64,000 bases of DNA from an uncultured Clostridia bacterium (GTDB lineage: Bacteria; Bacillota; Clostridia; TANB77; CAG-508): the NCBI GenBank assembly GCA_944393125.1, contig CALXZB010000002.1, forward strand, positions 2,412-66,411, read 5' to 3'. Shown here in pieces: positions 27,328 through 38,383 of this stretch. The notes below the pieces were generated by a model. The model had not been told where the DNA came from, made no database searches, and worked only from the letters and a program-made list of their open reading frames with translations. Position 1 is the first letter of the stretch. Every line of letters starts with the position of its first letter. The position numbers were made by a program, and so were the translations under genes.

Positions 27328-29133
27328 TTATTCTGAAAAAATTCGGTCAAATTCTTCTCCTTCAATTTTTTCTTTTTCTAATAATACACTTGCTACTGCA
27401 TGAAGTTTATCTACATGCTCAGTTAAAATAGCTTTTGCTCTATTATATGCAATATCTACAATTTTCTTAACTTCTTCGTCAATTATTCCTGCAGTTTCTT
27501 CAGAGTAATCTTTTGTTTGTGCAAAGTCTCTTCCTAAAAATACTTCTCCTTGACCTCCACCAAACATTATTGTTCCTACTCTTTCACTCATTCCGTATTT
27601 TGTTACCATGTTTCTTGCAATTTGAGTTGCTCTTTCAATATCATTGCTAGCTCCTGTAGATATATCATTTAATATAATTGCCTCTGCAACTCTACCACCA
27701 AGTAGTGATACTATATTTTCTTCCATTTCTGTTTTTGACATAAAAGATTTATCTTCTGTTGGTCTATACATTGTATAACCACCAGCCATTCCTCTTGGTA
27801 TTATTGAAATTTGATGTACAGGATCTTGTGTTTCAAGATATCTACTTACTACTGCATGGCCTGCTTCATGATATGCTACTAATCTATTTTCTTTTTCACT
27901 TCTTACTCTTGTCTTCTTTTCAGGTCCCATAGTTACTTTTACCATGGCATCTTCAATTTCTTTCATACCAATTTCTTTATAATTTTTTCTTGCTGCTAAT
28001 AATGCAGCTTCATTTAATACATTCTCTAAATCTGCTCCTGCAAATCCTGATGTATTTTTTGCTATTACTTTTAAATCTACATCATCTGATAATTTCTTTT
28101 TACGTGCATGAACTTCTAGTATTTGTTCTCTTGCTTTTACATCTGGGCTTGATACAACTATTTGTCTATCAAATCTTCCTGCTCTTAATAAAGCTTTATC
28201 TAGTACGTCTGGTCTATTTGTTGCCGCTAAGATAATTACACCTTCATTATCAGAGAATCCATCCATTTCAACTAATAATTGGTTTAATGTTTGCTCTCTT
28301 TCGTCATGTCCTCCACCTAGTCCTGCACCTCTTTGACGCCCTACAGCATCAATTTCATCTATAAATATTATACATGGTGCAGATTTTTTGGCTTGTTCAA
28401 ATAAATCTCTTACTCTTGAAGCTCCAACACCTACAAACATTTCAACAAAGTCTGAACCACTTATTATATAAAATGGAACTCCTGCTTCTCCTGCTACTGC
28501 TTTTGCAAGTAATGTTTTTCCTGTTCCTGGTTGGCCAACTAGTAATACACCTTTTGGAATTCTTGCTCCCATGTCTGTGAATTTCTTTGGATTTTTTAAG
28601 AATTCTACAATTTCTTGTAATTCTTCTTTTTCTTCGTCAACTCCTGCAACATCATCAAATGTTACTCTATTTTTCTCTCCTGCATTTACAAGTCTTGCTT
28701 TGCTTTTTCCAAATGACATACTTCCTCTTGCACTATTTTGATTTCCTCCACTTAACATTAAAAACCAGAAAATAAAAAATATTATTAACAATCCAAATGG
28801 TGTTATTAAACTTAATACTGTTATCCAGATTGATTCTTTTTCTTCTTCTAATGAAAATTCACCTGTTTTTAAGTCTTCTTCTATATAATTCATAAAACTA
28901 TCAACACTTGGCAAATTAACTTCTCTTTCTAATTTTGAGCTTTTCAATTTAACTGTAGCTAAATTACCATCTGATGAAATTTTTATGTTTTCAACTTCTC
29001 CATTTTCAATGTTAGTAATTAATTCTGAATAAGTCATTTTAGAACTACTATTTTCCATTATCGATGATAATAGTATTATAACTATTACTCCTATTATTAG
29101 CCACATTGCTAATGTTTTTATTCCTTTTTTCAC
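27328..29133 (-). CDS. ftsH: ATP-dependent zinc metalloprotease FtsH
   Basis: It has an N-terminal TM, an AAA module ([18 protein letters not shown], a Walker B motif and SRF) and the HEAGHA zinc motif. Confidence 0.92.
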   Translation of the reverse strand: MKKGIKTLAMWLIIGVIVIILLSSIMENSSSKMTYSELITNIENGEVENIKISSDGNLATVKLKSSKLEREVNLPSVDSFMNYIEEDLKTGEFSLEEEKESIWITVLSLITPFGLLIIFFIFWFLMLSGGNQNSARGSMSFGKSKARLVNAGEKNRVTFDDVAGVDEEKEELQEIVEFLKNPKKFTDMGARIPKGVLLVGQPGTGKTLLAKAVAGEAGVPFYIISGSDFVEMFVGVGASRVRDLFEQAKKSAPCIIFIDEIDAVGRQRGAGLGGGHDEREQTLNQLLVEMDGFSDNEGVIILAATNRPDVLDKALLRAGRFDRQIVVSSPDVKAREQILEVHARKKKLSDDVDLKVIAKNTSGFAGADLENVLNEAALLAARKNYKEIGMKEIEDAMVKVTMGPEKKTRVRSEKENRLVAYHEAGHAVVSRYLETQDPVHQISIIPRGMAGGYTMYRPTEDKSFMSKTEMEENIVSLLGGRVAEAIILNDISTGASNDIERATQIARNMVTKYGMSERVGTIMFGGGQGEVFLGRDFAQTKDYSEETAGIIDEEVKKIVDIAYNRAKAILTEHVDKLHAVASVLLEKEKIEGEEFDRIFSE

Positions 29134-29274
29134 TTTTTTTAAGTCCTCCTACTTCATTATTATACATTTGAAAATATAACATACCTTTTATAAATTTTCA
29201 ATAGTTTTTTCGTGACTTTTTTGTGTCCTTTTCATTACATCTTTTAAAGTTTTCTACGGTTTCTCATTTTAGAG

Positions 29275-30255
29275 TTATATTTTGTTTATATATATTTTTT
29301 TATTTTTTATTGAAAATTTTATATACTTATTTGGTGTTAAATATTTATTTCCTATATTATTATTATATAGTTTTATTATATCTTCTATGTGAATTTTCTC
29401 AATGCCTTGTGTACCACCATTAATTTTTTTTACTGCTAATAAAATTATTCTACTTTTAATTACTTTATTCTGTTTATTGAATTCTTTTAAATTTAATATT
29501 ATTTGATTTTCAGTTTCTTGGATTAATAATTTATTGTAGACTTCTTTTGCTTGTAATTCTATATAACTACTTTCTTCCGTAGCGACTTGTGACAATCTAT
29601 CTATTGTTTCAATAATATTTGGATTAAATTCCTTTTTTATATACGGAATAACGATATTACGAATTTTATTTCTTGTATAGTCATTTTCAAAATTTGTTTT
29701 ATCTATTCGTGGTTCTAGTTTGTTTTCTTCGCAATATTGCTCTATTTCCTGTCTTTCACATTCTATTAATGGTCTAATATATTTGTTGTCTCTTTTAGGT
29801 TCAATTCCTTTAAGTCCTGAAACCGAACTTCCCCTAAGCAAATTCATTATTATTGTTTCTATTTTATCATTTTTATTGTGTGCTATCGCAATTTTATTTG
29901 CATCAACTTTTTGTAAAACTTCTTCAAAAAAATCATAACGTATTTTTCTTCCAGTTTCCTCTGTCCCTAATTTTTTTGCTTTTGCAATTTGTTCAACATC
30001 TGCTCTTTTTACAAAAAATTGTATGTTATTTTTTTCACAATATTTTTGTACATATCTTTCATCTTCATCTGCTTCTTTTCTTATCATGTGATTTATATGT
30101 GCTACATATATATCAAAATTCAATTCTTCTTTAATTTCATTTAAAATATTTAGCATGGAAATAGAATCAGGTCCTCCTGAAACACCCAGTACTATTTTAT
30201 CACCTGATTCTATTAGTTTATATTTTATTATAGTATTAATTACTTTATTCTTCAT
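29275..30255 (-). CDS. tilS: tRNA(Ile)-lysidine synthetase
   Basis: It has an N-terminal PP-loop (LGVSGGPDS) and is 326 aa. It sits next to ftsH as in other Firmicutes. Confidence 0.8.
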   Translation of the reverse strand: MKNKVINTIIKYKLIESGDKIVLGVSGGPDSISMLNILNEIKEELNFDIYVAHINHMIRKEADEDERYVQKYCEKNNIQFFVKRADVEQIAKAKKLGTEETGRKIRYDFFEEVLQKVDANKIAIAHNKNDKIETIIMNLLRGSSVSGLKGIEPKRDNKYIRPLIECERQEIEQYCEENKLEPRIDKTNFENDYTRNKIRNIVIPYIKKEFNPNIIETIDRLSQVATEESSYIELQAKEVYNKLLIQETENQIILNLKEFNKQNKVIKSRIILLAVKKINGGTQGIEKIHIEDIIKLYNNNIGNKYLTPNKYIKFSIKNKKIYINKI

Positions 30256-30273
30256 TTATTATTACTCCATATA

Positions 30274-31608
30274 TTAGTCATCAAATCTTCTTTCCAAATT
30301 AGCAAATTTTGTATAATTACCCATCCATAATAATTCAACTGTTCCTGTTGAACCACCTCTTTGTTTAGCTATTATAACTTCTGCTATATCTTTTTTCTCA
30401 CTTTCTTTATTATAGTAATCATCTCTATATAAAAACATTACTATATCAGCATCTTGCTCTATTGCTCCTGATTCACGTAAATCCGAAAGCATAGGTCTAT
30501 GGTCAGGTCTTTGTTCAACAGCTCTTGATAACTGTGATAGTGCAATTACAGGCACATTTATTTCTTTTGCTAATATCTTTAAAGATCTACTTATTTCAGA
30601 TATTTCTTGTTCTCTGCTTCCTGCTCTTTTATTGCTTCCTTGTACTAGCTGTAAATAATCTATTACTACTAGTCCTAAATTTTTTTCCATTTTTAGTTTT
30701 CTACATTTAGTTCTTATTTCCATAACGGAAATTCCTGGTGTGTCATCTATATATATTTCAGATTCTGATAGCGGTCCTATTGCTCCTGCTAGTTTTACCC
30801 AATCATCTTCTTCTAGTTTTCCTGTTCTTACTTTATTACTATCTACCATTGCTTCACTACATAAAATTCTGTTTACTAATTGTTCTTTTGACATTTCTAA
30901 ACTAAATATGGCAACAGGTGCATTTCCTCGTAAAGCAGCATTTGTTGCTATATTTAAGGCAAATGCTGTTTTTCCCATAGCAGGTCTTGCTGCTACTAAT
31001 ATTAATTCTGAACCATGTAATCCCGCTGTTTTATAATCTAATTCTACAAATCCTGTTGGCACTCCTGTAACATGTTGTTTTCTATTATATAATTCTTCTA
31101 GTTTTGTAAAGCTTTCTACTAATACATCTTTTATTGGTGTATACCCTTTTTGATTTTTGCTTTGCATAATATCAAAAATTTTCTTTTCAGCACCATCCAT
31201 TATGTCTTCAACATCTTCTGTTGGATTATAGCCTAATTCAATTATTTCGTTTGCCGTTTTTATTAATTTTCTTAGTAACGCTTTTTCTTCTACTATTTTT
31301 ATATATTTTTGAACATTTGCTGTTGTTGGAACTTTGTCTGGTAAGCTTGCAAGATATTCATATCCTCCAACTTGCTCAAATTTGTCCATAGATTCTAATT
31401 CATCTTTTAGTGTTATAATATCTATTGGTTCTGATTTATTATATAAATTAATTATTGCCTGATATATTGCTTGATTATCATTTCTATAAAAAGCATCTTC
31501 TTTTAGTACTTCTATTGCTGAATTTACTGCGTCTTTGTCTGTTAACATACTTCCTAGAACTGCTTGCTCAGCATCTATATCATGTGGTGGTATTTTCCCT
31601 AGTTCCAT
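30274..31608 (-). CDS. dnaB: Replicative DNA helicase (DnaB family; called DnaC in Bacillus nomenclature)
   Basis: The 444-aa ORF shows an N-terminal DnaB domain (PHDIDAEQAVLGSML), a Walker A motif (AARPAMGKT), a Walker B motif (LVVIDYLQL) and the conserved rplI-dnaB neighbourhood. Confidence 0.92.
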   Translation of the reverse strand: MELGKIPPHDIDAEQAVLGSMLTDKDAVNSAIEVLKEDAFYRNDNQAIYQAIINLYNKSEPIDIITLKDELESMDKFEQVGGYEYLASLPDKVPTTANVQKYIKIVEEKALLRKLIKTANEIIELGYNPTEDVEDIMDGAEKKIFDIMQSKNQKGYTPIKDVLVESFTKLEELYNRKQHVTGVPTGFVELDYKTAGLHGSELILVAARPAMGKTAFALNIATNAALRGNAPVAIFSLEMSKEQLVNRILCSEAMVDSNKVRTGKLEEDDWVKLAGAIGPLSESEIYIDDTPGISVMEIRTKCRKLKMEKNLGLVVIDYLQLVQGSNKRAGSREQEISEISRSLKILAKEINVPVIALSQLSRAVEQRPDHRPMLSDLRESGAIEQDADIVMFLYRDDYYNKESEKKDIAEVIIAKQRGGSTGTVELLWMGNYTKFANLERRFDD

Positions 31609-31626
31609 TTTTTGCTCCTTTTAAAA

Positions 31627-32076
31627 TTAACTTACAACATCAATTTTAATTTTTCCTGATACACCTTCATATAGTTTTACATCTATATTATGAGCTCCTA
31701 ATGTTTTAATTGTTTCTTTTAAGTCAATTTTCTTTTTGTCTATTTTAATATTATGTTGTTTTTCCAAATTTTCAGATATATCTTTTGCAGAAACTCCTCC
31801 AAAAATTTTTCCATTTTCTCCTGCTTTAACTTGGATTCTTACCATTATTTTAGTTAATTTTTCAGCAATCTTTTTTGCATCTTCTTTTTCTGTGTCTTTT
31901 CTATATTGATTTGCATCTTTTTGTGCTTTTAATTTACTCATATTTTCAGAATTAGCTTCAACTGCTAAGTTTTTTGGAAATAAGAAATTACGAGCATACC
32001 CATCTGATGCATTTATTATTTCATCTTTTTTTCCTACTCCTTTTATATCTGCTTTTAAAATAACTTTCATATTCAT
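31627..32076 (-). CDS. rplI: 50S ribosomal protein L9
   Basis: It is a 149-aa L9-like sequence (MKVILKADIKGVGKKDEII...). It sits between gdpP and dnaB as in the Bacillus yybT-rplI-dnaC arrangement. Confidence 0.9.
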   Translation of the reverse strand: MNMKVILKADIKGVGKKDEIINASDGYARNFLFPKNLAVEANSENMSKLKAQKDANQYRKDTEKEDAKKIAEKLTKIMVRIQVKAGENGKIFGGVSAKDISENLEKQHNIKIDKKKIDLKETIKTLGAHNIDVKLYEGVSGKIKIDVVS

Positions 32077-32099
32077 CTTCCTCCATTTATGTTAGCATA

Positions 32100-34109
32100 T
32101 TATTCTTTTTCTGAAAAATATTCTTCTATTTTTTCAATTAATTCTTTTTTAGCTTCTTCAATAGTTTTATTTTCTAGTTGTGCACCAGCTAGAGTAATAT
32201 GTCCTCCGCCTCCAAGTTTTTCAAGTATTACTTGAACATTTATATCTCCTATTGAACGGCCACTTATACATATTTTGTCTTCCATTGTTCCTAAAACAAA
32301 TGATGCTGTTATATTACCAATAGTAAGTAGTTCATCTGCTGATTTTGCACATATTAAACTTGTATCTTTTTCTTGTGTTTCATATGTTGCTATTGCTATT
32401 GTGTCATGTATTACTTCTGCTTTTCTAACAATTTCTGATATTTTATTATAAGTTTCTAAATCACTTTGGAACCATTTTTTTACTTTTATTATATCAATTC
32501 CACATCTACGTAAATATGCTGCTGCCTCAAATGTTCTTACACCTGTTTTAAAAGTAAAGTTTTTTGTGTCCATCATTATTCCTGCATATAAAGCTTCTGC
32601 TTCTATTGTTGGTAATTCAATTTCATTTTGAGTATATTGAATTAATTCTGCAACTAATTCTGATGCTGATGAAGCATATACTTCTTGGAAAGTTAGTATA
32701 CTTTGATCTATAAAGTCTGTTCCTCTCCTATGATGGTCTATTACTACTATTTTATTTGTTTTATCTAATAATTCTGGTACTTCTACATATGATTTTTTGT
32801 GTGTATCTACAATTACTAATAATGTTTCATTATCTATTTTGTCAAGTGCTTCATCTTTATTTATTATCACATTTTTATATTCTTCTTCTATATTTTCTAT
32901 AAATGTTTTTATTGATGTTGATTCATTATTTACTATATAAGTTTCTTTTCTTAAACTTGTTGCAATTCTATATATCCCTAATGCTGAACCCATTGCATCT
33001 ATATCTGGATTTATATGTCCCATTATTATTACTTTTTCACATTCTGATATTAGTTCTTCTAGTGCATGTGCTACAATTCTTGCTTTTACTTTTGTTCTTT
33101 TTTCAACTTCTTCTACTTTTCCTCCAAAGAATTGGTATTTTCCATCTTCTCTTATTACTGCTTGATCTCCACCTCTACCTAATATTACATCCATTGCAGA
33201 AGATGCTGATTTATATACTTCTTTATCTGTGTTTCCTTCGTTTGATATTGCAATACTTAATGTTAATTGAATTTTGTCTTTTCTTACTATATCTTTTATA
33301 GAATCTAATATTGCAAATTTGTTTTCTTTTAATTGTTCTAAATATCTTTGTTCAAATATATATACATAAGTATCTCTATCTTCTTTTACTAATATTCCAT
33401 TTGTTTCATTTACCCAGTCATATATTGTGCTTTCTACTTTTGCCATTAATTGTGCTTTTTGCTCTGTGTCTACCCTTTGCATTACTTCTTCATAGTTGTC
33501 TACCATTATAATTCCAACACAGGTTTTTTTATTTTCATTTTCTTTTTGTAGCTCATATTTTTCTGTTTCATCTATGAAATATAAAATAAGCATATATTCT
33601 GCAACTTTTTTTCTTTCACTTCTTTTTGTTTTTGCAAATTCAGCTTGTATTTTATATTGTTTTTTACCTATTTCTAAGTTTTTTATTATTGATTTCTTTT
33701 TTTGATCTTTGTCTTTTTCAATTTCTGCTTTAATATCTATTATTAAATCACTTATGTAATTGTTTATATCAATATTTGCAAATTCAGTTATAAATTTTGA
33801 ACTTTTCCATATAATGTTTCCATCTGTTTCTAGTATTAGTAATGGAAATGGCGCATTTATTAAACTGCTTTTTGCAGCTGAGTCTACATTTAGTGTTAAG
33901 TCTTGTAATTGCTCAGATATCTCACTTCTTCTTTTGTTGTTTGCAAAATATGTATATGCTAGTATTGCTATATAAAATATTATTGATGGTATTATCATGT
34001 ATTTTTTTAAACATGATAATATTACTAATAATATAAATATTATTACTAGATATATTTTTGTTCTTGATACTAAATTATCAAATAATTTTCTATTACTATT
34101 TCCTGACAT
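32100..34109 (-). CDS. gdpP: GdpP/YybT-type c-di-AMP phosphodiesterase (2 TM + PAS-like + degenerate GGDEF + DHH/DHHA1)
   Basis: The 669-aa ORF has N-terminal TM helices. It carries the DHH motif (VIDHHRRG) and a DHHA1 GGGH signature (GGGGHITLAGAQ). Its position upstream of rplI is conserved. Confidence 0.8.
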   Translation of the reverse strand: MSGNSNRKLFDNLVSRTKIYLVIIFILLVILSCLKKYMIIPSIIFYIAILAYTYFANNKRRSEISEQLQDLTLNVDSAAKSSLINAPFPLLILETDGNIIWKSSKFITEFANIDINNYISDLIIDIKAEIEKDKDQKKKSIIKNLEIGKKQYKIQAEFAKTKRSERKKVAEYMLILYFIDETEKYELQKENENKKTCVGIIMVDNYEEVMQRVDTEQKAQLMAKVESTIYDWVNETNGILVKEDRDTYVYIFEQRYLEQLKENKFAILDSIKDIVRKDKIQLTLSIAISNEGNTDKEVYKSASSAMDVILGRGGDQAVIREDGKYQFFGGKVEEVEKRTKVKARIVAHALEELISECEKVIIMGHINPDIDAMGSALGIYRIATSLRKETYIVNNESTSIKTFIENIEEEYKNVIINKDEALDKIDNETLLVIVDTHKKSYVEVPELLDKTNKIVVIDHHRRGTDFIDQSILTFQEVYASSASELVAELIQYTQNEIELPTIEAEALYAGIMMDTKNFTFKTGVRTFEAAAYLRRCGIDIIKVKKWFQSDLETYNKISEIVRKAEVIHDTIAIATYETQEKDTSLICAKSADELLTIGNITASFVLGTMEDKICISGRSIGDINVQVILEKLGGGGHITLAGAQLENKTIEEAKKELIEKIEEYFSEKE

Positions 34110-34323
34110 TTTTATCTCCTTTTATACTATTCTAGTATACTTCTAAATAGGCTTTTTGTCAAGTTTTTAATAGCCAAAAGAATAGGTCTACTCAATCTTT
34201 TATTTGATGCTGTTTCTTCTACTATGCTATTTGCTAAAGAAACTTTTTACGGTTTTTATGCTCATCTATCACAAATAAAAGTACAAAATTGGCCCTACAA
34301 ATTATATATTTGTATCACTTTCT

Positions 34324-34354
34324 AAAAAAAACCACTATTTCTAGTGATTTTTTT
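34324..34354 (-). terminator. Weak hairpin terminator after surface-protein gene 34378..35592
   Basis: An A8 run, then cacta-tttc-tagtg, then a T7 run. The stem is short. Confidence 0.35.
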
Positions 34355-34377
34355 AGATTTTTATATACCGATATTGC

Positions 34378-35592
34378 CTATCTTATATCTCTATATTTTT
34401 TAAAATTTATTCCAATTACTATAATAAAGATAACTAATCCTGCAATAATAAAGAACATTATATTATTTAATCCTGCTTTTGGTAATTCTGTAGTTGCAAC
34501 TGTATTATCTTTATCCTTATTGTTATTTTGTTCTTGTGTTACTGTTTCTTCTTGAACTGGCTCATTTGGTGTAATAGTTTCAGGTATTTTTCCTATAGTT
34601 AATGTTATTGTTTCTAAAGTTTCATTTCCTGTATTTTCTTCAACTGTAATGTAAATTGATTTTTTCTCCTCACCTATATACAAATATCCTTTTGCCTCTC
34701 CTACTTCGATTGCAGTTATTTCCGAATAATCGTTGGTAAATTCTACACAACTACCATTATATAATCCGTGACCTGTAATTTTTTCAGTTGTTTTAATTTT
34801 ACACTTTTGCCCTACTTTTAATGTAATTGTATAATCTGCATTTTCTTTTGTTATATCACTATATATAAAAGAATCCACAATTTCTTTTAATTTTGAAAAA
34901 TCAGCATCAGTATTTACAGTTAATGTAGCTACTAATTTGCAAGATGTTTCTGTCATATCTTGTTTTTCAACTGTAAATACATAAGAATTTGCTCCTTTAG
35001 CATCTGATATATTTTGTGTTTCTGGATAAATAGCATTTACATATTCTATTACTCTATCTCCAAATTCAGATGTATAAATAGTATTTTGATTATTTGATTC
35101 TATTATAGTTCCATCTTCTGTATTTAAATCATCAATAATAATATATGAATTGTTACTATCTAAAGAACCATTAAATGAACTTTCTAAATATGAAAGCAAG
35201 AAATATATGCTTGCATCTTCAAATTCTACTCCTTGAATATTAGCAACTGCTATATATCCAAGCATAGGTAAAATCAAATTATCTGTTTGTTTTTTAAATT
35301 CCTCATAACTCATACCTTTTTCAATAGGAAGTTCAAATGAAAATGTAGGCTTATCTGTCAAGTCATAATTTAAAACATAATTTTCATTATCTATAGTTAT
35401 ATTTATGACATTATTTGATACTGAAATGTTGTAATTATCTTTATTAGCTTCTGATGATTCAAATTTTTCAAATGTATCAGTTAAATTCTCATCTGTTACA
35501 GGTATAAAAGTAGCAAAACAAGTTGTATTTAATTGAATAAGTATTGCCGTAAAAAGTAAAATAGTTATTAAAATGTTTTTGTTTTTCAACAT
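34378..35592 (-). CDS. Cell-surface protein with a signal peptide and a C-terminal LPKAG + TM + charged-tail (sortase-substrate-like) region
   Basis: The 404-aa ORF starts MLKNKNILITILLFTAILIQ. Its C-terminus reads TTELPKAGLNNIMFFIIAGLVIFIIVIGINFKKYRDIR. Confidence 0.6.
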   Translation of the reverse strand: MLKNKNILITILLFTAILIQLNTTCFATFIPVTDENLTDTFEKFESSEANKDNYNISVSNNVINITIDNENYVLNYDLTDKPTFSFELPIEKGMSYEEFKKQTDNLILPMLGYIAVANIQGVEFEDASIYFLLSYLESSFNGSLDSNNSYIIIDDLNTEDGTIIESNNQNTIYTSEFGDRVIEYVNAIYPETQNISDAKGANSYVFTVEKQDMTETSCKLVATLTVNTDADFSKLKEIVDSFIYSDITKENADYTITLKVGQKCKIKTTEKITGHGLYNGSCVEFTNDYSEITAIEVGEAKGYLYIGEEKKSIYITVEENTGNETLETITLTIGKIPETITPNEPVQEETVTQEQNNNKDKDNTVATTELPKAGLNNIMFFIIAGLVIFIIVIGINFKKYRDIR

Positions 35593-35660
35593 AAAATCCC
35601 ACCTTTCTATATTAGACTCTCTTAATTTTTATTATAACATAACATTTGTAAAAATACACC

Positions 35661-37085
35661 TTAATATATGTCCCACACATTATATGTTTGGTCTCCTCCA
35701 TATTGTGTTGTCCATCCTCCTGTTACTGTCTTCGTTCCTGCTTTTGTCGCTGTGAATTGGACATTAGACTTTAGAGAAACTACGGCACGCACCCCATAAG
35801 CATTGCTGCTGTTGTCGTGCACATAGCCTCCTAAGCTCGAGGACACTAAATAAAGGTATCTGGTGTAGCTAACAGAGGAAAGCCAGTAATTTGAGTAGTT
35901 ATCAATCATGTTTTGGTATTTTGTGTATGGTTCTTGGTATATTTTTCGGAATGTTGCAGTTGTATTTGTATCTGCATTTGGTGAATCTGTATATTTTGTG
36001 TACCAGGCATCTAACATTGCTTTTGTTAGTACTCCTGCACTTTCTCCGTATTGGCTTGTATTTACATACATATCCCAATTTCTTTTTTGATATGTTTCTT
36101 CTGCTGTACTTCCAGCACTCCAACTACTGTTTATATTTCCTGTTAATATATATTCACTTATATATCCATAATTGGTTCCACTTGAGTGTCTATAATCCTC
36201 TGGGTTTCCTGCTGATATTAATGTTACCATATCTCCTTCTACATCAAATATTCTCCATCCTGTTATTGCTTCTCCTGTTTCTTTATCTTTTACATAATTA
36301 TATGTTGTATTATATGGTGTCGCATTTCCATTTCTACTACTTCCTGCTGTAAATCCTCCAAATTGGAAGACTGTATTTGGTTTACTTGTACTTCCATTTG
36401 CTGTTACTAAACTTGTTTTTAATCCTGTTTGTATTGAGTTTATTTCTTCTTCTGTCCAGGTTCCTGCATCATAATTTACAAAATCTCCTATGTGTAATCC
36501 ATCTGGATTTTCTCCTGTTGGGTCAAATAGTTCACTTGGTGTTACTGGTGTTGGCAATTCTGGTGGCAATGCTCCTGATGTTCCTTCTTCTCCTGGTTGT
36601 ACTGGGGTTGCTTCTATTATTGCTGTTATTTTTGCTGTTTCATCCTGTGTTTTTGGTACTTTTATTAGTTCAACTCTTACTACTATTTTTGCTTCTTCTC
36701 CTGCTTTTAAACTTGTTTTCTCTAATTCTGCTATTGTACTAAAATATTCTTCATTATTATTTCCTATTGCTATTGCTATATCTGCTGATAAATCATCACT
36801 CATATTTTTCATAATATATGTTGCTGTTACATAATCTGATTTTGTTACTAATCCTCTTACTTCTAATGTTGCATGTGTATCATCTACTACTTCTGCTGTT
36901 ACTTTTCCTGAATCTGATACTTCTGTGGTTTCTAGAAATTTTACTATAAAATTTGATTGGTCTGGATTTGCTACTGTGTTTCCTGTTATGTTTAATTGTG
37001 TACTTGTTATTGCTGCAAATCCTACTCCTATTAGTAATACTACTGATACTAAAGCTATTAGTATAAGTCTGGTTCTACTTATCAT
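35661..37085 (-). CDS. Hypothetical secreted protein (474 aa). It has an N-terminal signal/anchor and a G/S/T/Y-rich C-terminal domain.
   Basis: It starts MISRTRLILIALVSVVLLIGVGFAAITST. It has a Pro-rich linker (PPELPTPVTP). Its 3' ~200 nt are markedly more GC-rich than the surrounding sequence. Confidence 0.55.
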   Translation of the reverse strand: MISRTRLILIALVSVVLLIGVGFAAITSTQLNITGNTVANPDQSNFIVKFLETTEVSDSGKVTAEVVDDTHATLEVRGLVTKSDYVTATYIMKNMSDDLSADIAIAIGNNNEEYFSTIAELEKTSLKAGEEAKIVVRVELIKVPKTQDETAKITAIIEATPVQPGEEGTSGALPPELPTPVTPSELFDPTGENPDGLHIGDFVNYDAGTWTEEEINSIQTGLKTSLVTANGSTSKPNTVFQFGGFTAGSSRNGNATPYNTTYNYVKDKETGEAITGWRIFDVEGDMVTLISAGNPEDYRHSSGTNYGYISEYILTGNINSSWSAGSTAEETYQKRNWDMYVNTSQYGESAGVLTKAMLDAWYTKYTDSPNADTNTTATFRKIYQEPYTKYQNMIDNYSNYWLSSVSYTRYLYLVSSSLGGYVHDNSSNAYGVRAVVSLKSNVQFTATKAGTKTVTGGWTTQYGGDQTYNVWDIY

Positions 37086-37230
37086 TTTTCTCCTCCTCTT
37101 TTCTTTCTTTTTTTAGTATATCATTTTGTTATTTTTTTGTCTAGATTTTTATTTTAAAATACCAAAAATCTCCATTGATTATTTATACAGAAAATTATAC
37201 AATTTATTTAGTAGGGGGATAAAATTATTT

Positions 37231-37713
37231 ATGAAAAAAAACAGAGAATTTTGGATAATAGTTAAAGATATATTAAGTAATGAAACAGTTCAAAGCTTAC
37301 AAATTTATAAACATCACTATGGATCTAATCGTTATGAGCATAGCCTTTCTGTTGCTTATTATTCTTACAAAGTTTCTAAATTTTTAGGACTTGACCATGT
37401 TTCTTGTGCAAGAGGTGGCTTACTTCATGATTTATTTTTGTATGACTGTAGAGATTCAAATGCTAAACCAAAAAATCACATTAAAGAACATCCTAAAACA
37501 GCACTAGATAATGCAAAAAAATTGTTTATTTTAAATGACATTGAAGAAGATGTTATTTTAAAACATATGTGGCCTATTACTTTTTCTAAACCTAAATATT
37601 TAGAAAGTTTTACCGTTACTTTTGTTGATAAATATTGCTCTATTAAAGAATTTTTTGATTATACTAAATATGTTTTATGGAACTGGTATTTTTCAATGCT
37701 TTACATAGAATAA
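37231..37713 (+). CDS. HD-domain phosphohydrolase (160 aa)
   Basis: It has an H...HD metal-binding pattern (YEHSLSVAYY ... GLLHDLFLYD). AGGGGGA lies upstream of the ATG at 37231. The longer ORF-track start is rejected. Confidence 0.7.
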   Translation: MKKNREFWIIVKDILSNETVQSLQIYKHHYGSNRYEHSLSVAYYSYKVSKFLGLDHVSCARGGLLHDLFLYDCRDSNAKPKNHIKEHPKTALDNAKKLFILNDIEEDVILKHMWPITFSKPKYLESFTVTFVDKYCSIKEFFDYTKYVLWNWYFSMLYIE

Positions 37714-37880
37714 TTTCGTTTATTTTCTTCTTCGCCCTCAGTTCCAGTTGTTAATGTGACTTAATAATAAACTGTATTTTCAGGTTTTTTAGCAACAAAG
37801 TCAACTTCTAATTCATCATATTTTCCTATGAAAAATATAATTCCAGACTATGCATTACATTTGAATTTTAGAATGTCTTA

Positions 37881-37950
37881 TAAAGTTTACAAATTATTCA
37901 CATAAAATTATAGTAATTTGACAATATTTATGATATACTATTTATAAATT
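37881..37950 (+). promoter_or_regulatory. Promoter/operator repeat copy A. It has a 41-nt core identical to copy B, contains the TTGACA and extended -10 TGaTATACT elements, and has an imperfect inverted repeat tacaaatta/taatttga.
   Basis: The 41-nt stretch taaagtttacaaattattcacataaaattatagtaatttga is identical at 37881-37921 and 38690-38730. The next 28 nt are ~80% identical. It lies 20 nt upstream of the P1 ATG. Confidence 0.5.
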
Positions 37951-37969
37951 TAAAAGAGAGGAGAATATT

Positions 37970-38182
37970 ATGTCAAAAGTAATAGACAGAATGCAAAAGA
38001 TTGTTTCTGAACTTCCTCAAGATTACTTTGACAACATGGATGAATATGCAACAGTAGGCGCACTTATTGATTTATATTTAAAGAAATATGGTGAAGATGA
38101 AACAACTTTAATTCCAGGTACAAATACACATATGAATTATGAATATTTTAAAAATCTTTATAATAAGTTTAAAAAAAATTAG
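37970..38182 (+). CDS. Small protein P1 (70 aa), paralogue of P3
   Basis: It has an RBS (AGAGAGGAGAA). It shares the pattern MS..ID....K.I.SLP.D...........KKY.E with P3. Confidence 0.5.
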   Translation: MSKVIDRMQKIVSELPQDYFDNMDEYATVGALIDLYLKKYGEDETTLIPGTNTHMNYEYFKNLYNKFKKN

Positions 38183-38194
38183 GAGGTTAAAAAT

Positions 38195-38383
38195 ATGTTT
38201 TTTTTACAAAATGCATTAAAATCAATTAATTTACAAAATGATTCTTTATATGATTTTCTTTATGATATGGTCTTATTTATAGGATTACAAAAAAGTGAAG
38301 AAGATATTAAAAATGGTAGAGTTATGACTATTGAAGAATCAAAGGAAAGGATGAAAGTTACTTATGAATATCTTGATATCTGA
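38195..38383 (+). CDS. Small protein P2 (62 aa), paralogue of P4. Its C-terminal motif G..xT.EE is typical of TA antitoxin tails.
   Basis: AGGAGG lies 8 nt before the ATG, which is 12 nt after the P1 stop. It has YDFLYDMVLFIGLQKSEEDIKNGRVMTIEE, which compares with P4's YDCLYNLYVLLGIVKGVNEINLENGIPLDD. Confidence 0.5.
   Translation: MFFLQNALKSINLQNDSLYDFLYDMVLFIGLQKSEEDIKNGRVMTIEESKERMKVTYEYLDI

Noticed and set aside
35902-36123. 73-aa Lys/Arg/Cys-rich minus-strand ORF
   Set aside because: It lies in an alternative frame inside the 474-aa secreted-protein gene. Its composition is an artefact of the GC-rich patch.
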